DNA of 63,919 bases, the filler included, from Octopus bimaculoides (lineage: Eukaryota): NCBI RefSeq assembly GCF_001194135.2. It is 6 parts of 5 records of this genome, joined end to end, with 100 filler letters (N's around TTAATTAATTAA, not from the genome) between each part and the next. Parts side by side here need not be neighbours in the genome. Positions count along the whole stretch, not along the records: positions 47,837 to 54,430 come from NC_068981.1; positions 54,531 to 58,447 come from NC_068983.1; positions 58,548 to 61,916 come from NC_068999.1; positions 62,017 to 63,919 come from NC_068984.1; 2 more parts are not named here. The stretch is one strand, 5' to 3'. The notes under the pieces were generated by a model that did not search any database, was not told where the DNA came from, and was given only the letters and a program-made list of their open reading frames with translations. Of this stretch, positions 51,395-63,919 are shown piece after piece. Each line of letters begins with the position of its first letter. The stretch's first letter is position 1. A program made the translations under genes and the position numbers.

Positions 51395-51705
51395 GAAGCG
51401 TAGCTTAGTGGTTAGTGGTTTTGGTTCACAACCGTAAGGTCTGAGTTCGATTCCCGGCAACGCGTGTGTCCTTCAGCCAGACATTTTCTTTTTGTCACGT
51501 TACACCAGTCTACTCAGCTGTCAAAAATGAATTGTACCCATAACTCGAAAGGTCAGCCTTGTTTCATCGTGTGTCAATCTGAACCTCCCCGAGAAATATG
51601 TCAAGAATACGAATGTCTGTGGACTACTCAGCCTCTTGCACGTTAACTGAGTGAACAGACTGTTCTGTTGATCGGATCAGCTGGAACACTCCATGGAGTG
51701 CTTGA
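51395..51705 (+). mobile_element. SINE family D (tRNA head + CORE-like middle + family A 3' half)
   Basis: gcgtagcttagtggttag...gagttcgattcccggc; gtgtccttcagccagacattt; then aaggtcagccttg...ttgatcggatcagctggaac, shared with family A. Confidence 0.7.
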
Positions 51706-52914
51706 TATGTAAAAGAGAGATACAAAGAGAATTAACCTAAGCGGTGCAGAATGAGTGCACATACTAGGCTTGGTGGCGGGCAATGATCAACTTTCTAAAA
51801 ATAACCACATTTTTATAAAGAAATTTTGCAAAGATACGTCTCGACAGAAATGGCTGCGATCATGCTCAATCAAATTTAGGAAAACGATATACAAATAAGA
51901 AATTTTGTTTTATTTCATTTCATTTTAATGTAATATTTCTCCGGTTTTTTTTCAAGAAATTATTATTCATTTTATCACTTTGTATAAGCACCAAGAAATT
52001 TGATAACAATTCAATAATAACAATTGCTTGTATAACATATTTCTTGATTACGTTTTATCGTCATCTCGTATTTACCGTCATGGTTTGGAATGAAGCACAT
52101 CAAGCGTTTACTATTGAACAAGCATGATGAACCACAGAGGATTTTATGTCACACCCTACACACACACACACATATATATGTATATGTATACACTCCAAGA
52201 GCTACCAAAAGTTTCTTGCCATTAAGACACGTGGTTAAGCAAGGTTTTATAACCTGGCTTGCATCTCCAGGCAATCTGCAGGCTGTGAGCACATTACTTG
52301 TTCTCTTTGAAATCAGGAAGTTGTTACATGAGAAACCACAATTTCACCATATGTAAATGGATCTAAGAAATACAACATATGCATAGCTGAAAGATAGTAA
52401 ATTCTTTTCAGATCCAAGAATTTAACCACATGACTTAATTCCAAAATTTTCAGCAAATTCAGGCTTATGGACAAATTTCTTTTGGCGAACTGGTAAACAC
52501 CACCCTCATCAGATACACAGCAGCCTCGCAGGCTTTGGACTCCACCCCGTTGAATTCTACAACAATTAATTTAATTATGACTTCTACGGTTAAAGGGGAC
52601 GTAACTAATCTTCTTTCGTTCCTTTCTTTTTCCGTACTTATTCGTCCTTTGTCTTCGCATTCCACTTTTTGCATCAACGGTCTTCTCATTTTTTCTCGTG
52701 GATTCTCATAGGCCAGCGACCTGATTTTCATATGGAACAAATCATGTGCTCAGAGCCTGAAGTTAAATACCTTCCTGACAACGTGTCTAATGGTAAACCA
52801 AAAAAAAAAACATTTAGTAACTCTTACTTTAATACTGTGTACAATAAATGATATTCATCTCTCGCTGGACAGCGTACCTTCTTTTAAGCTGATCTTATCT
52901 TAACGGAACTGTAA

Positions 52915-53036
<122 letters not shown>

Positions 53037-53386
53037 TGTGCCTACACCATTCATCGAATCATTCATTTTTGTTTCCGTAGAGGGCAAGATCTGATTTTTA
53101 AGTAAGATCTCGGCTGTTATTTCTATTAGATTGGATCAATCAGATAGGTCATCTCTTGTTCAATTACTAAATGAGATTGTATGGAGTCGGTGTGTGTGTG
53201 TGTTTTTTTTTATACGTCCCCTCGGAGCATTATTAACATCTTAAAAACAAACGAAACAAGTGTAAAGACAATGATGAAGATGAATAGAAATAAGGATCAA
53301 CAAAAGAAAAAAGAAAAGAAAAAAAAGGACCTGAAGGGAATGGAAGTAATGTAAGAAACAAAGTGAATGAATGATTGAATGATTGA

Positions 53387-53423
<37 letters not shown>

Positions 53424-53883
53424 CACATTGTCTCTCACATTACATATATATATATACAGAGAAAGAGAGAGAGAGGGAGAGAGAGAGAGTCACGCACACT
53501 GAGATACAGAGGACAGATAGAAAGATAGATAGATAGAAAAAGAGACGATGGATAGATAGATAGATAGATACATACATACATACATACGTAGTACGAACAT
53601 ACATACATACACAGACAGTTATATACATAGACAGATAAGAATAGTGACAGACAGGCAGATAGAGAGGAAGGTAGGCAAGCAGAGAGATAGATAGATAGAT
53701 AGATAGACAGACAGATGGATACATACATACATAAAAACGTACATACACAGACAGGTATATAAAAAGACAGATAGATATAGAGACAGACAGGTAGTCAGAC
53801 AAACAGACAGGCAGACAGACAGATGCATAAATATAAAACCAGACAAAACAGACAAATAGGTGACTGGATAAAATCTATGTGAG

Positions 53884-53929
<46 letters not shown>

Positions 53930-54272
53930 ATAAAAGAAAGGTGGAATGTTAGATGGGTGGAATGGCCGTTAAATAGGTTAATATTGACAAATGAAGCCGA
54001 TAGAATTTACAGGAATTTGGAGAGAATCTCAACATTTAGCGTGAAATGGTGCTCACTGAATCTCACTGTCTCTCTTTTACACCTCCATTACGTTGTCTTT
54101 CTCTTCCAACCTCATACAGACTTATGTGTGCTTGCATATATGTATAGATGTATATATGGATATATATATATATATACACACACATATAAACATATTTATA
54201 CATGTACCAATCTGCATGCGTACATGTAAATGCACAGACACATACGTACACATTTATAATAAAGATTTATAA

Positions 54273-54305
<33 letters not shown>

Positions 54306-54530
54306 TGTAATTAGACTGGAGAGTCAAGCAATCCCATTATACTATAATAAACGACAGCAGTAACAACAACAACAAACACGAATTAAACAATTTTCAATCA
54401 ACGTGGAAACAGCACAAGTTCGACATTGCGNNNNNNNNNNNNNNNNNNNNNNNNNNNNNNNNNNNNNNNNNNNNTTAATTAATTAANNNNNNNNNNNNNN
54501 NNNNNNNNNNNNNNNNNNNNNNNNNNNNNN

Positions 54531-54584
<54 letters not shown>

Positions 54585-54836
54585 TCACACTCTCACACAC
54601 ACACATATATGTACTACGGGCTTCTTTATATATATACATATATATTTGTACTTGTAAAGAAATGATTTGGTCGAGGTCGTTAAGTACTACAATTGTTTCA
54701 AACGCACATCAGATGCATGTTACGTAGTAACGTGTTTTCTCGTCCGCTAAATGAAACCTTTTCTATTGACTATATCTATCTATCTATCTCTCTATATTTA
54801 TGTGTGTGTGTGTGTGTGTGTATTCATATATGTATA

Positions 54837-54873
<37 letters not shown>

Positions 54874-55108
54874 GTATATATACATGTACATATATATATA
54901 TGTATGTATATATGTATATATGTATGTATGCATGTATGTATGTATAAAATATTAAGCCTTCATATTGACTATAGAAAATAGTCAAAGTTTGTGGCATATA
55001 AACTCCCGTAACGGGAAATTGGCAGTAGCACGCGCGGGAAGCGAAGTCACACCAGCTACTCGTCACAAATTTTATACGCTCTAATATTAGAAAATTTTTC
55101 GTAGTCTA

Positions 55109-55171
<63 letters not shown>

Positions 55172-55816
55172 CTAGTTACACACACACACATACATACGCA
55201 TAAGGGGATAGATACATATATGATATAAAGCACACACAAATACACACACGATAAGACTTGCAAGCATTCGGCTGTTATTTCCAGCCTGGCTAGCACTCAC
55301 ATAAAAGCTGCTTCAATTCCCAGCTTTTATTCTTTTGTCCCTGCTGCTGGTTCTCCCGCTGTTGTTGTTCAGGACCTGGTGATCCACGTTTGAGCAGGCA
55401 AAATTAATTTAGAATCCTATCCACATAAACCAGATAAGCTGGCTATAACATGGTCCTAAACATCTTATGTATCAAATATCAAAGCAAATTTGATGCTCTG
55501 GTTGTTTGCGATCAAGAGTGTTTGCTCTAGGGGTGTGGTGTGTATATATTCTGTCCCCCAGGTTTATGTCTTCACATGCGTACAACTCATTCAAAAGACA
55601 GAGAATTCGTTGGGGCAATCATGGTAGGGTGTATTGTTTCTTATGCTCCTGGATTTGGCAAAGCAGGCAAGAATTCTCATGTTGTAATTCTGTTCTTTTT
55701 AGAATTATTTGTTTATTTATTTATTTATTTATTTCAGTCATTGGACTGCGGCCGCGCTAGAGCAATGCCCTGAAGGTATTTAGGCAAAGAAAAGCGAACA
55801 CGTTATTTAGTCACTG

Positions 55817-55900
<84 letters not shown>

Positions 55901-56566
55901 TTGAAAGCCTGATACTTTGTTCTAACCGTCNNNNNNNNNNNNNNNNNNNNNNNNNNNNNNNNNNNNNNNNNNNNNNNNNNNNNNNNNNNNNNNNNNNNNN
56001 NNNNNNNNNNNNNNNNNNNNNNNNNNNNNNNNNNNNNNNNNNNNNNNNNNNNNNNNNNNNNNNNNNNNNNNNNNNNNNNNNNNNNNNNNNNNNNNNNNNN
56101 NNNNNNNNNNNNNNNNNNNNNNNNNNNNNNNNNNNNNNNNNNNNNNNNNNNNNNNNNNNNNNNNNNNNNNNNNNNNNNNNNNNNNNNNNNNNNNNNNNNN
56201 NNNNNNNNNNNNNNNNNNNNNNNNNNNNNNNNNNNNNNNNNNNNNNNNNNNNNNNNNNNNNNNNNNNNNNNNNNNNNNNNNNNNNNNNNNNNNNNNNNNN
56301 NNNNNNNNNNNNNNNNNNNNNNNNNNNNNNNNNNNNNNNNNNNNNNNNNNNNNNNNNNNNNNNNNNNNNNNNNNNNNNNNNNNNNNNNNNNNNNNNNNNN
56401 NNNNNNNNNNNNNNNNNNNNNNNNNNNNNNNNNNNNNNNNNNNNNNNNNNNNNNNNNNNNNNNNNNNNNNNNNNNNNNNNNNNNNNNNNNNNNNNNNNNN
56501 NNNNNNNNNNNNNNNNNNNNNNNNNNNNNNNNNNNNNNNNNNNNNNNNNNNNNNNNNNNNNNNNNN

Positions 56567-56608
<42 letters not shown>

Positions 56609-56641
56609 ATGTATGTATATATATATATATTTATATAATGG

Positions 56642-57342
56642 GCATTCGGTACTAAATGTGGTTATTTTGAGCAGTCCAGTGTGTGGCATTATTTTTCTGT
56701 AGTAATGCCCATTATATAAATATAAGCGAATAATTATATTCTTGGGAATAGAAATTTCCCTTATGAATTATTTTACACACTGGCTTCTTGATAAAATTCT
56801 TGTAAAAGAGTTTTATCCCTTTTTGAATTTATTAATCAAATATATACACGGAATATATTCAATGCTGAATTTTTATTCCTGTCTCCACACGTGTACCCAG
56901 AAGCAACCCGGAAGTATTCCCGCTACTATGTTGAAGATATATACAGATAGACTTCATTGCCTTTACTCTGTCGGATGCGTAGTGTGTTCGTTTTTGGTGA
57001 GGTGAGAATTCTGTTTATTTATATATATTTTTGGAACAATACTATGCTGATGAGCGAAATCTAGATTCATTCTAGTAATCGCGAAATCGGTCGATACATA
57101 GTTGAGTTATTTAAAAGAAAGTTGGTCGTCTTCTGTTGGTTGTTTTTCCTCGCATTCGGTACTAAATGTGATTATTTTGAGAAGTCCAGTGTGTGGCATT
57201 ATTTTTCTGTATTAATGCCCATTATATAAATATAAACGAATAATTATATTCTTGGGAATAGAAATTTCCCTTATGAATTTTTTTACACACTGGCCTCTTG
57301 ATAAAATTCTTGTAAAAGAATTTTATCCCCTTTTGAATTTAT
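56642..57342 (+). mobile_element. Partial-tandem non-coding element with hammerhead (retrozyme / non-autonomous PLE-like)
   Basis: 191-bp direct repeats 56642-56832 and 57152-57342 (period 510), with a hammerhead in the spacer; flanked by (AT)n. Confidence 0.7.
57041..57102 (+). ncRNA. Type I hammerhead ribozyme with intact core
   Basis: ACTATG-CTGATGA-GCGA...TCGC-GAAA-TCG gt CGA-TA-CATAGT. Stem I 6 bp; stem II 4 bp plus inner CTAGA/TCTAG; stem III 4 bp. Predicted cleavage after AUA at 57096. Confidence 0.8.
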
Positions 57343-57594
57343 ATATATATATATATATACATAAATACATACCGATACTTTCATAACAACTAGGTCTGAG
57401 AGACGCACAATGTAATAGCATGTCTTTGATGCAAGTCTGGGAAGTGCCTCTCCAATGTCCAAAACCGCAACTATTACGTAATGTTTCTTTTAGAATTTTC
57501 GCGTAAATTAGCGTTGCAAATGGAGATGGTACGGACACATGTGTAACATATAATTAAAGATGTGTTAAAGAATTGTCTTTGTCTTCTTTTCTGC

Positions 57595-57993
57595 ATTGGT
57601 TGTCTGTGTGGGAAGTAGCTTGGTTACCAACCACATAGTTCCGGGTTCAGTCTCACAGCGTGGCACCTTGGGTAAGTGTCTTCTCCTATAGCCTCGGGCC
57701 GACCAAAGCCTTGTGAGTGGATTTGGCACATGGGAACTAAAAGAAGCCCATCGTGTATATATATTATATATATGTATGTCTGTGTGTGTGTCTGTGAGTG
57801 TGTCTGTGTTTGTCCTCCACCATCGCTTGACAACCGATGTTGGTGCATTAACGTCTCCGTAACTTAGCAGTTCGGCAAAAGTGACCGACAGAATAAGTAC
57901 TAGGCTTACAAAGAATAAGTCCTGAGATCAATTGTTCGACTAAAGGCGGTGCTCCAGTATGGCCGCTGTCAAGATCACCGAAACAAGTAAAAG
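57595..57993 (+). mobile_element. SINE family B, full length
   Basis: Head, CORE-like ggcaccttgggtaagtgtcttc, internal (AT)/(GT)n and tail. Confidence 0.88.
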
Positions 57994-58311
57994 TATATAT
58001 ATGTATCCATCCAAGAGTTAAGGAATGGAATAAATGATATCCGGGCTCCATATGCTCTATAGCGAGCGGAACCTCGGAAGTATTAATATCCAAGCAAGGT
58101 ATATATCTCCAGCTTACTCTTTAGCTCAGGGGTATCTTTATTAAATAGAGTTTACTTCGTCGTTAGGAGGCCCATGTTCACACACGGAGGTTTTGATTAG
58201 AATCCACAACCTTCCGATCCAATAAACCACTATTGTTCTTGAAAGTTGTTTTTTTTTTTAATTTCTACAGATTGCTCGAACCTCACTTTCTTCCTACACC
58301 TTGACCCTTGA

Positions 58312-58355
<44 letters not shown>

Positions 58356-58359
58356 GTAT

Positions 58360-58447
58360 ATATACGACAGGCTTCTTTCAGTTTCCGTCGAGCAAATTCA
58401 GTCACAAGACTTTGGTCGGCCCGAGGCTATAGTAGAAGAGATTTGTC
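58360..58447 (-). mobile_element. SINE family B fragment
   Basis: gacaggcttctttcagtttccgtc...tttggtcggcccgaggctatagtagaag. Confidence 0.75.
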
Positions 58448-58547
58448 NNNNNNNNNNNNNNNNNNNNNNNNNNNNNNNNNNNNNNNNNNNNTTAATTAAT
58501 TAANNNNNNNNNNNNNNNNNNNNNNNNNNNNNNNNNNNNNNNNNNNN

Positions 58548-60085
58548 ACCACCCTTACCCCCCTAACCTCCGCACTCCTTCTCCCCGACCCGATTCCCGG
58601 CTCCCACTATACTACCCAACCTTCCCCTGTCCGCTGCCGAACGCTCACTCCTCAGCAAGGGTCTTCACTTCACACCTCTTACGCCCCACTGCGACCAACA
58701 CTGACGCCAGCCGCATCAAACTACGTGCGTTTTCCTACACGTCCACACAGCGTCACGACAATCGGGATTACTTCTCGGAGCTGGGGCGCCGCCCGTCCAA
58801 CTGGACGCCGCCTCCAGGCCAGCTCAATAGCTTAGACTTGTTGATACACGACTGCAATACTCCTTGTCGACTGATTCAATTTCAAAAACAGCTCCCTTCG
58901 GGTTAACATCACCCGGGCTGAATCAATCACCCTTCGCGACCTCCGACGCCGCAACATCATCGACAAGCCAGCAGACAAATGTGGAGCAGTGGTGGTGTGG
59001 CGCGCTCAGCCAGCTTCGAAATCCCCTCTTCTATCGCCCTCTCCCCTCCGACCCCACCTCCTCCTACCAACAGCGCGTGTCTTCCACCATCAATGACCTC
59101 GTCTCTTCTGCCTTCACCCACCGCCACCAACCTCATCTATTTCCTCCCCAAAATAAATAAGCCCTGGCTGCCCCATTGTTTCCGCCTGCAATTGTCCCAC
59201 AGAACTCATCTCAAAATACCTTGACCGTATCCTGTCCCCTCTGGTTGCTGCCGTCACATCCCATATACATTACACCAATCATGCCCTTCGCCTTTTTAAT
59301 TCCTTCTTCTCTCCCGGCCCCTCACACCTTAGACATCAAATCCCTACACACGGTGATTCCCCACAATACTTCCTCGACCGCCTCCCTGACCTCACACTCA
59401 GCACCTCCACCCTTCACCGTTTAGCTCGTCTTCACCCTCAACTGCTTTACGTTCGCCGGGGAGATCTACCAANNNNNNNNNNNNNNNNNNNNNNNNNNNN
59501 NNNNNNNNNNNNNNNNNNNNNNNNNNNNNNNNNNNNNNNNNNNNNNNNNNNNNNNNNNNNNNNNNNNNNNNNNNNNNNNNNNNNNNNNNNNNNNNNNNNN
59601 NNNNNNNNNNNNNNNNNNNNNNNNNNNNNNNNNNNNNNNNNNNNNNNNNNNNNNNNNNNNNNNNNNNNNNNNNNNNNNNNNNNNNNNNNNNNNNNNNNNN
59701 NNNNNNNNNNNNNNNNNNNNNNNNNNNNNNNNNNNNNNNNNNNNNNNNNNNNNNNNNNNNNNNNNNNNNNNNNNNNNNNNNNNNNNNNNNNNNNNNNNNN
59801 NNNNNNNNNNNNNNNNNNNNAACCTTTCATCCTCCCATCCCTCCCACACCAAACGGGCCATCCCCTACTCTCAATTCCTCCTTGAACTTGTTTTTCACTC
59901 ATTTCCTTCCGGTCATTTCAAAATGTAACCGCATGTGAATCGGCGATTTTCTTCCTCCGTTTTCCTTTTCTCTTGGACTTTCCTCTATCTCCTGTTACTG
60001 AAGAAGAGCTTTCCTCGAAACGTAAGACCACCTTTCTTTCTTTCCTGAGCATCTGCTAATACTTTCCATGTACCACGTCCTCGGG
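58548..60085 (+). mobile_element. Degenerate Penelope-like element (RT fragments + 3' pLTR)
   Basis: Remnants of LSKGL.FTP, IIDKPADK..AVVV, LDIKSLHTVIPH, LNCFTFAGEIY and SHP.HTKRAIPYSQFL, followed by a pLTR with a hammerhead motif. Confidence 0.8.
59994..60028 (+). ncRNA. Minimal PLE-type hammerhead motif, stem I degenerate
   Basis: gtta-CTGAAGA-A-GAG ctttc CTC-GAAA-CG-TA-agac. Confidence 0.55.
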
Positions 60086-60089
60086 TTGC

Positions 60090-60597
60090 TTAGAAATAAT
60101 ACATTTCTAAATCTCTCAGAGAGATATATGCAGTAGTGATACGATGAAGTAGTTGCATGCTGTCAACTTAATGTGATAATCCCCTGAATGGAATGATACT
60201 ACTGTTGGTTAGACCGAGGAAGCTGCACCGCTTCCTGTCGGCCTTGACACATTTCATGTGTCCTTATGTTTACAAGGGGGAGACAAGCACCCCCACCCAG
60301 CTAAGCCTGCATTCAGAGACATGTTTCTGAGTCTTTGCTCGTCATCAGTCTGGAGTAGCATGACCTGCTAGTCGAAAATGTCTGTCAAGCCCTTGTAGAC
60401 ATATAATAATTCTAGTGAACTACATTCACTGATTTCAAATTTAGAAATAATACATTTCTAAATCTCTCAGAGAGATTTATGCAGTAGTGATACGATGAAG
60501 TAGTTGTATGCTGTCAACCTAATGTGACAGTCTCCTGAAGGGAATGATATTACTGTTGGTTAGACCTAGGAAGCTGCACCGCTTCCTGTCGGCCTTG
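60090..60597 (-). mobile_element. Partial-tandem non-coding element with hammerhead (retrozyme-like, about 351-bp monomer)
   Basis: 157-bp direct repeats 60090-60246 and 60441-60597, with a hammerhead in the spacer. Confidence 0.7.
60314..60352 (-). ncRNA. Minimal type I hammerhead ribozyme
   Basis: CAGA-CTGATGA-cGAG caaaga CTCa-GAAA-C at G-TC-TCTG. Palindromic ACATGT stem III and a GUC site; one C.A mismatch at the base of stem II. Confidence 0.7.
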
Positions 60598-60738
60598 TGT
60601 TTGTTCTTCGTTTTTGTTTTGGATTTAGTATTTTATATATTTTGATTTTGATTTTGATCACCTATCCTTTTGGGATACGATATTCGGGTGCCTACGCATA
60701 AGTACCATATTCAACCTTGAATCTATATCTAAACCGTC

Positions 60739-60810
<72 letters not shown>

Positions 60811-61254
60811 TATAAATGTATGTATATGTTTTTCAATGTGTACAAATAACAAGGAAAAAATAAATAAATAGTTACCAGAGTAGCAAAAATTCACATAAGT
60901 GCCAAGGATATTACAGCCTACTTATAGAGATAGAAATTCCAGACTTAAGTGAAATGTTTTTGTATAACATGGATAAGTTAAGGAATTGAGTCAGACGCAG
61001 GTGTTATTAAAATCATTTATACTTCCAACATTTGTTTCGAAAAAAGCATTGAGATTATTCCGGAGGGAATAAAAATGATGTAAAACAATGCAATCATCTC
61101 TTCAAGGAAAAGAAAGGAACAAAACGCATCAATAAGCCATTTTAACCGAATGTGATTACCGTGTACGTAAGTATATGATGTAAGGAGAACGCTAGCAAGT
61201 TATTTTTCTAACGACCGTTAATAGATTTAACGTCAAAGATAATTTAGAGAAAGA

Positions 61255-61790
61255 GAAAGAGGAGAAAGAAAAAATTCACAGAACATTAAGAGTGGAAAAA
61301 TATAGTGTGATAGATGAATGGGAATAAAGTTTAAAAGCGTGTTCCTTTAGAGACCAAATTAATTTACTAATCCCAGTATTGTTGCGTTTATTGATGTGTC
61401 TAAATGTAGAATAATGGTTAGATATTCTTTTCGACAACTGAGACGAAGAAACATTATAAAGGAACATAATAAACAATACGGTTTGGAATGGAAAATTCTA
61501 TCCAGATCATTCCCATATGACAAAGGTTAATCTTTTTGTCCGCTCTACAACGAAGAACACTTTTTCATCCTTTTCTCGAAGAATACTCTTGTAAGCACGT
61601 TTAAAGAACGCGTTTATTGTTGTAAACATTAGCAAAAACATACCTTTAGTTCCTATAAGTAGTTTCTACCAATCTATAAAACTCGACCTTTAGCTGTCTT
61701 CTTACATTTCATTTCCACTACATACATCTATTTCCACGTTTAGTCTGCCAAAAAAATTCATTTCCGAAAATGTGACAGAATTTTAATTGC
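61255..61790 (-). mobile_element. Degenerate PLE GIY-YIG endonuclease fragment
   Basis: SKRISNHYSTFRHINKRNNTGISKLIWSLKEH. Confidence 0.55.
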
Positions 61791-61845
61791 GATTAGTGAA
61801 TCTTTAATTAAAATAATAATGCACGCTAGCACACACACACACACA

Positions 61846-61916
<71 letters not shown>

Positions 61917-62017
61917 NNNNNNNNNNNNNNNNNNNNNNNNNNNNNNNNNNNNNNNNNNNNTTAATTAATTAANNNNNNNNNNNNNNNNNNNNNNNNNNNN
62001 NNNNNNNNNNNNNNNNA

Positions 62018-62280
62018 TTTGGGCCTCAACATAACCAACGAAGAGGTTCGCGTAGTTGGGGCCCATTCTCGTCCCCATGGCCACTCCCGAGAGCTGCTGG
62101 TAGATATCTCCCACGAACGAGAAGCAGTTGAGAGATAGGACAAGTTCGGCCAGACGAATGAGTGTGGAGGTGTCGGGTTGTGGGTTGGGGCGTTGGTCTA
62201 GAAAAAACTTCAAGGCACGCAGCCCCTCGTCGTGGGGGATCACTGTATAGAGGCTCTGGATGTCTAGAGTGAAGAGAAGC
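62018..62280 (-). mobile_element. Penelope-like RT core fragment
   Basis: LLFTLDIQSLYTVIPHDEGL...LVLSLNCFSF..DIYQQLSGVAMGTRMGPNYANLFVGYVE. Confidence 0.92.
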
Positions 62281-62281
62281 T

Positions 62282-62330
<49 letters not shown>

Positions 62331-62646
62331 ATGTGTGTGTGTGTTAAAACAATAAGGTAACAAAGAAAAATAAATAAGAAATTACAAATAGTATATCCAT
62401 TAGGTCTTATATGTATAGTCACTAGATGGTAATTCAATTTTTCTGACTTATTTCATAAACACAAATCTGCATAACTGAAATGTGATATCGAAAATTCCAA
62501 TCAACGTCAAGTAAAATATTAAATTATAGACTAATGTTTAAGAAACTTCATCTGAAGTTGACTGAAAATGAAACTGTTTTGAATTAGCCTAAGTTTCAAA
62601 ACTTTAACAACTTCTTCCCTCAGAATACAAGCTAAAAGCTGTGTGT

Positions 62647-62684
<38 letters not shown>

Positions 62685-63075
62685 GCGTTTGCGTGTCTGT
62701 GTGTGTGTGTGTGCGTGCGTGCGCGAGTGTGTGTATGCGTTAGCGTGTGTGCGTGTGCGTGTGTGTGCGTGTTAGTGTGTGTGTGTATGTGTGTGTACGT
62801 ATGTACGTTTGCATGTATGTATGTATGTATGTTTGTATATATTTATATATATCTCTGTGTTGTAAGTATAGTCCCGTAAACACATATACACATATATTTT
62901 AAGAAACCTACGTAACACGTCCACACACATGAAGACACGTATGGATAAATTTGGACATATGCACTTACATATATTTTTACACGCACACACAGAGGCTCAC
63001 AGACACAGACCCACACTCACACAGGCATATATGTGCGCGTATATGTACACACATATACACATGTCTAAGAACGGG

Positions 63076-63280
63076 TTAATCTTCTAGCACCAAGGACTGA
63101 ACACGCATGTCCAGTCCTCCATGTAAAGGATATTGACAGTAGAGTGACCGACTATCAGTGGAACGCGTCCCTTCCACTTTGTTCGGGCCCTTTCTTAGCA
63201 GCAACCTGCACCACCAACTTTGCTTCACAAAAGATAGGAATTCTCCTGTTATGCTACCAGTTGCGGTAGACAACAATCAA
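63076..63280 (-). mobile_element. Probable Tx1-type LINE post-RT fragment
   Basis: RSLYCQYPLHGGLDM resembles the C.P...GGLG motif. Confidence 0.4.
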
Positions 63281-63571
63281 AACGTAAACGAACAAGTGTG
63301 ACATATAAGCCTAAGGCCCAGAGAAGAGAGTGTTAGGAAGGAGTACAAATCATTGTATGTCTGTCTTAGGGAGAACTACATGAAGAAAAGGATCTTAGGA
63401 GTACAAAAAGGGGACTTATGAGAAAAAGTTCAATAACTGCAAAGAGAAAGTTCTACGTGGAAAATCAGCGGTAGCTGATGCAGAACCCTGGAGATGGTTA
63501 AGACAGATTTTTAAACAACAAGCCTTCAGAAGTAACGTAATCAAATAATAAGACAGAAGAAACTTTCTGTG

Positions 63572-63919
63572 TAGATTGTATTCGTTTATTCTTTTATTTG
63601 TTTCAGTCATTTGACTACGGCCATGCTGGAACACCGCCTTTAGTCGAGAAAATCGACCCCAGGACTTATTCTTTGTAAGCCTAGTACTTATTCTATCAGT
63701 CGCTTTTTGCCGAACCGCTAAGTTACGGGGACGTAAACACACTAGCATCGGTTGTCGAGCGATGGTGGACACACCCACACTCACCCCCCACACATATTTA
63801 TATATATATATATACGACGAGCTTCTTTCATTTTCCGTCTACCAAATCCACTCACAAGGCTTTGGTCGACCTGAGGCTATAGTAGGAGACACTTGCTCAA
63901 GGTGCCAAGCAGTGGGACT
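63572..63919 (-). mobile_element. SINE family B
   Basis: Reverse complement of the family B tail, body and CORE-like region; runs off the window end. Confidence 0.9.

Noticed and set aside
52465-52740. 91-aa minus-strand ORF with an open antisense frame
   Set aside because: No recognisable motif, and the strand and splice context are ambiguous.

Overview
AT-rich, gap-ridden eukaryotic draft sequence. By inference from its SINE families, microsatellite load and retroelements it is a coleoid cephalopod, probably Octopus; this was not confirmed by any search. Most of the window is microsatellites, N gaps and decayed mobile DNA. The mobile DNA includes four tRNA-headed SINE families, an (AAT)n-embedded non-coding repeat, an RTE LINE (about 2.6 kb), a near-full-length Tx1/L1-clade LINE, R4/Dong-type fragments, several Penelope-like (PLE) fragments, a full-length dead mariner, a Merlin-like foldback MITE and a probable Helitron N-terminal remnant. 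Two signals are missed by the ORF track. (1) Short minus-strand exons at 34.0-39.2 kb, with canonical splice sites and matching phases, splice into small secreted cysteine-rich protein(s): either two tandem paralogs or one modular gene. (2) There are several hammerhead-ribozyme motifs. Two lie in non-coding partial-tandem units (periods 510 and 351 bp) that resemble retrozymes or non-autonomous PLE derivatives. All calls are by eye, and family assignments need database confirmation.
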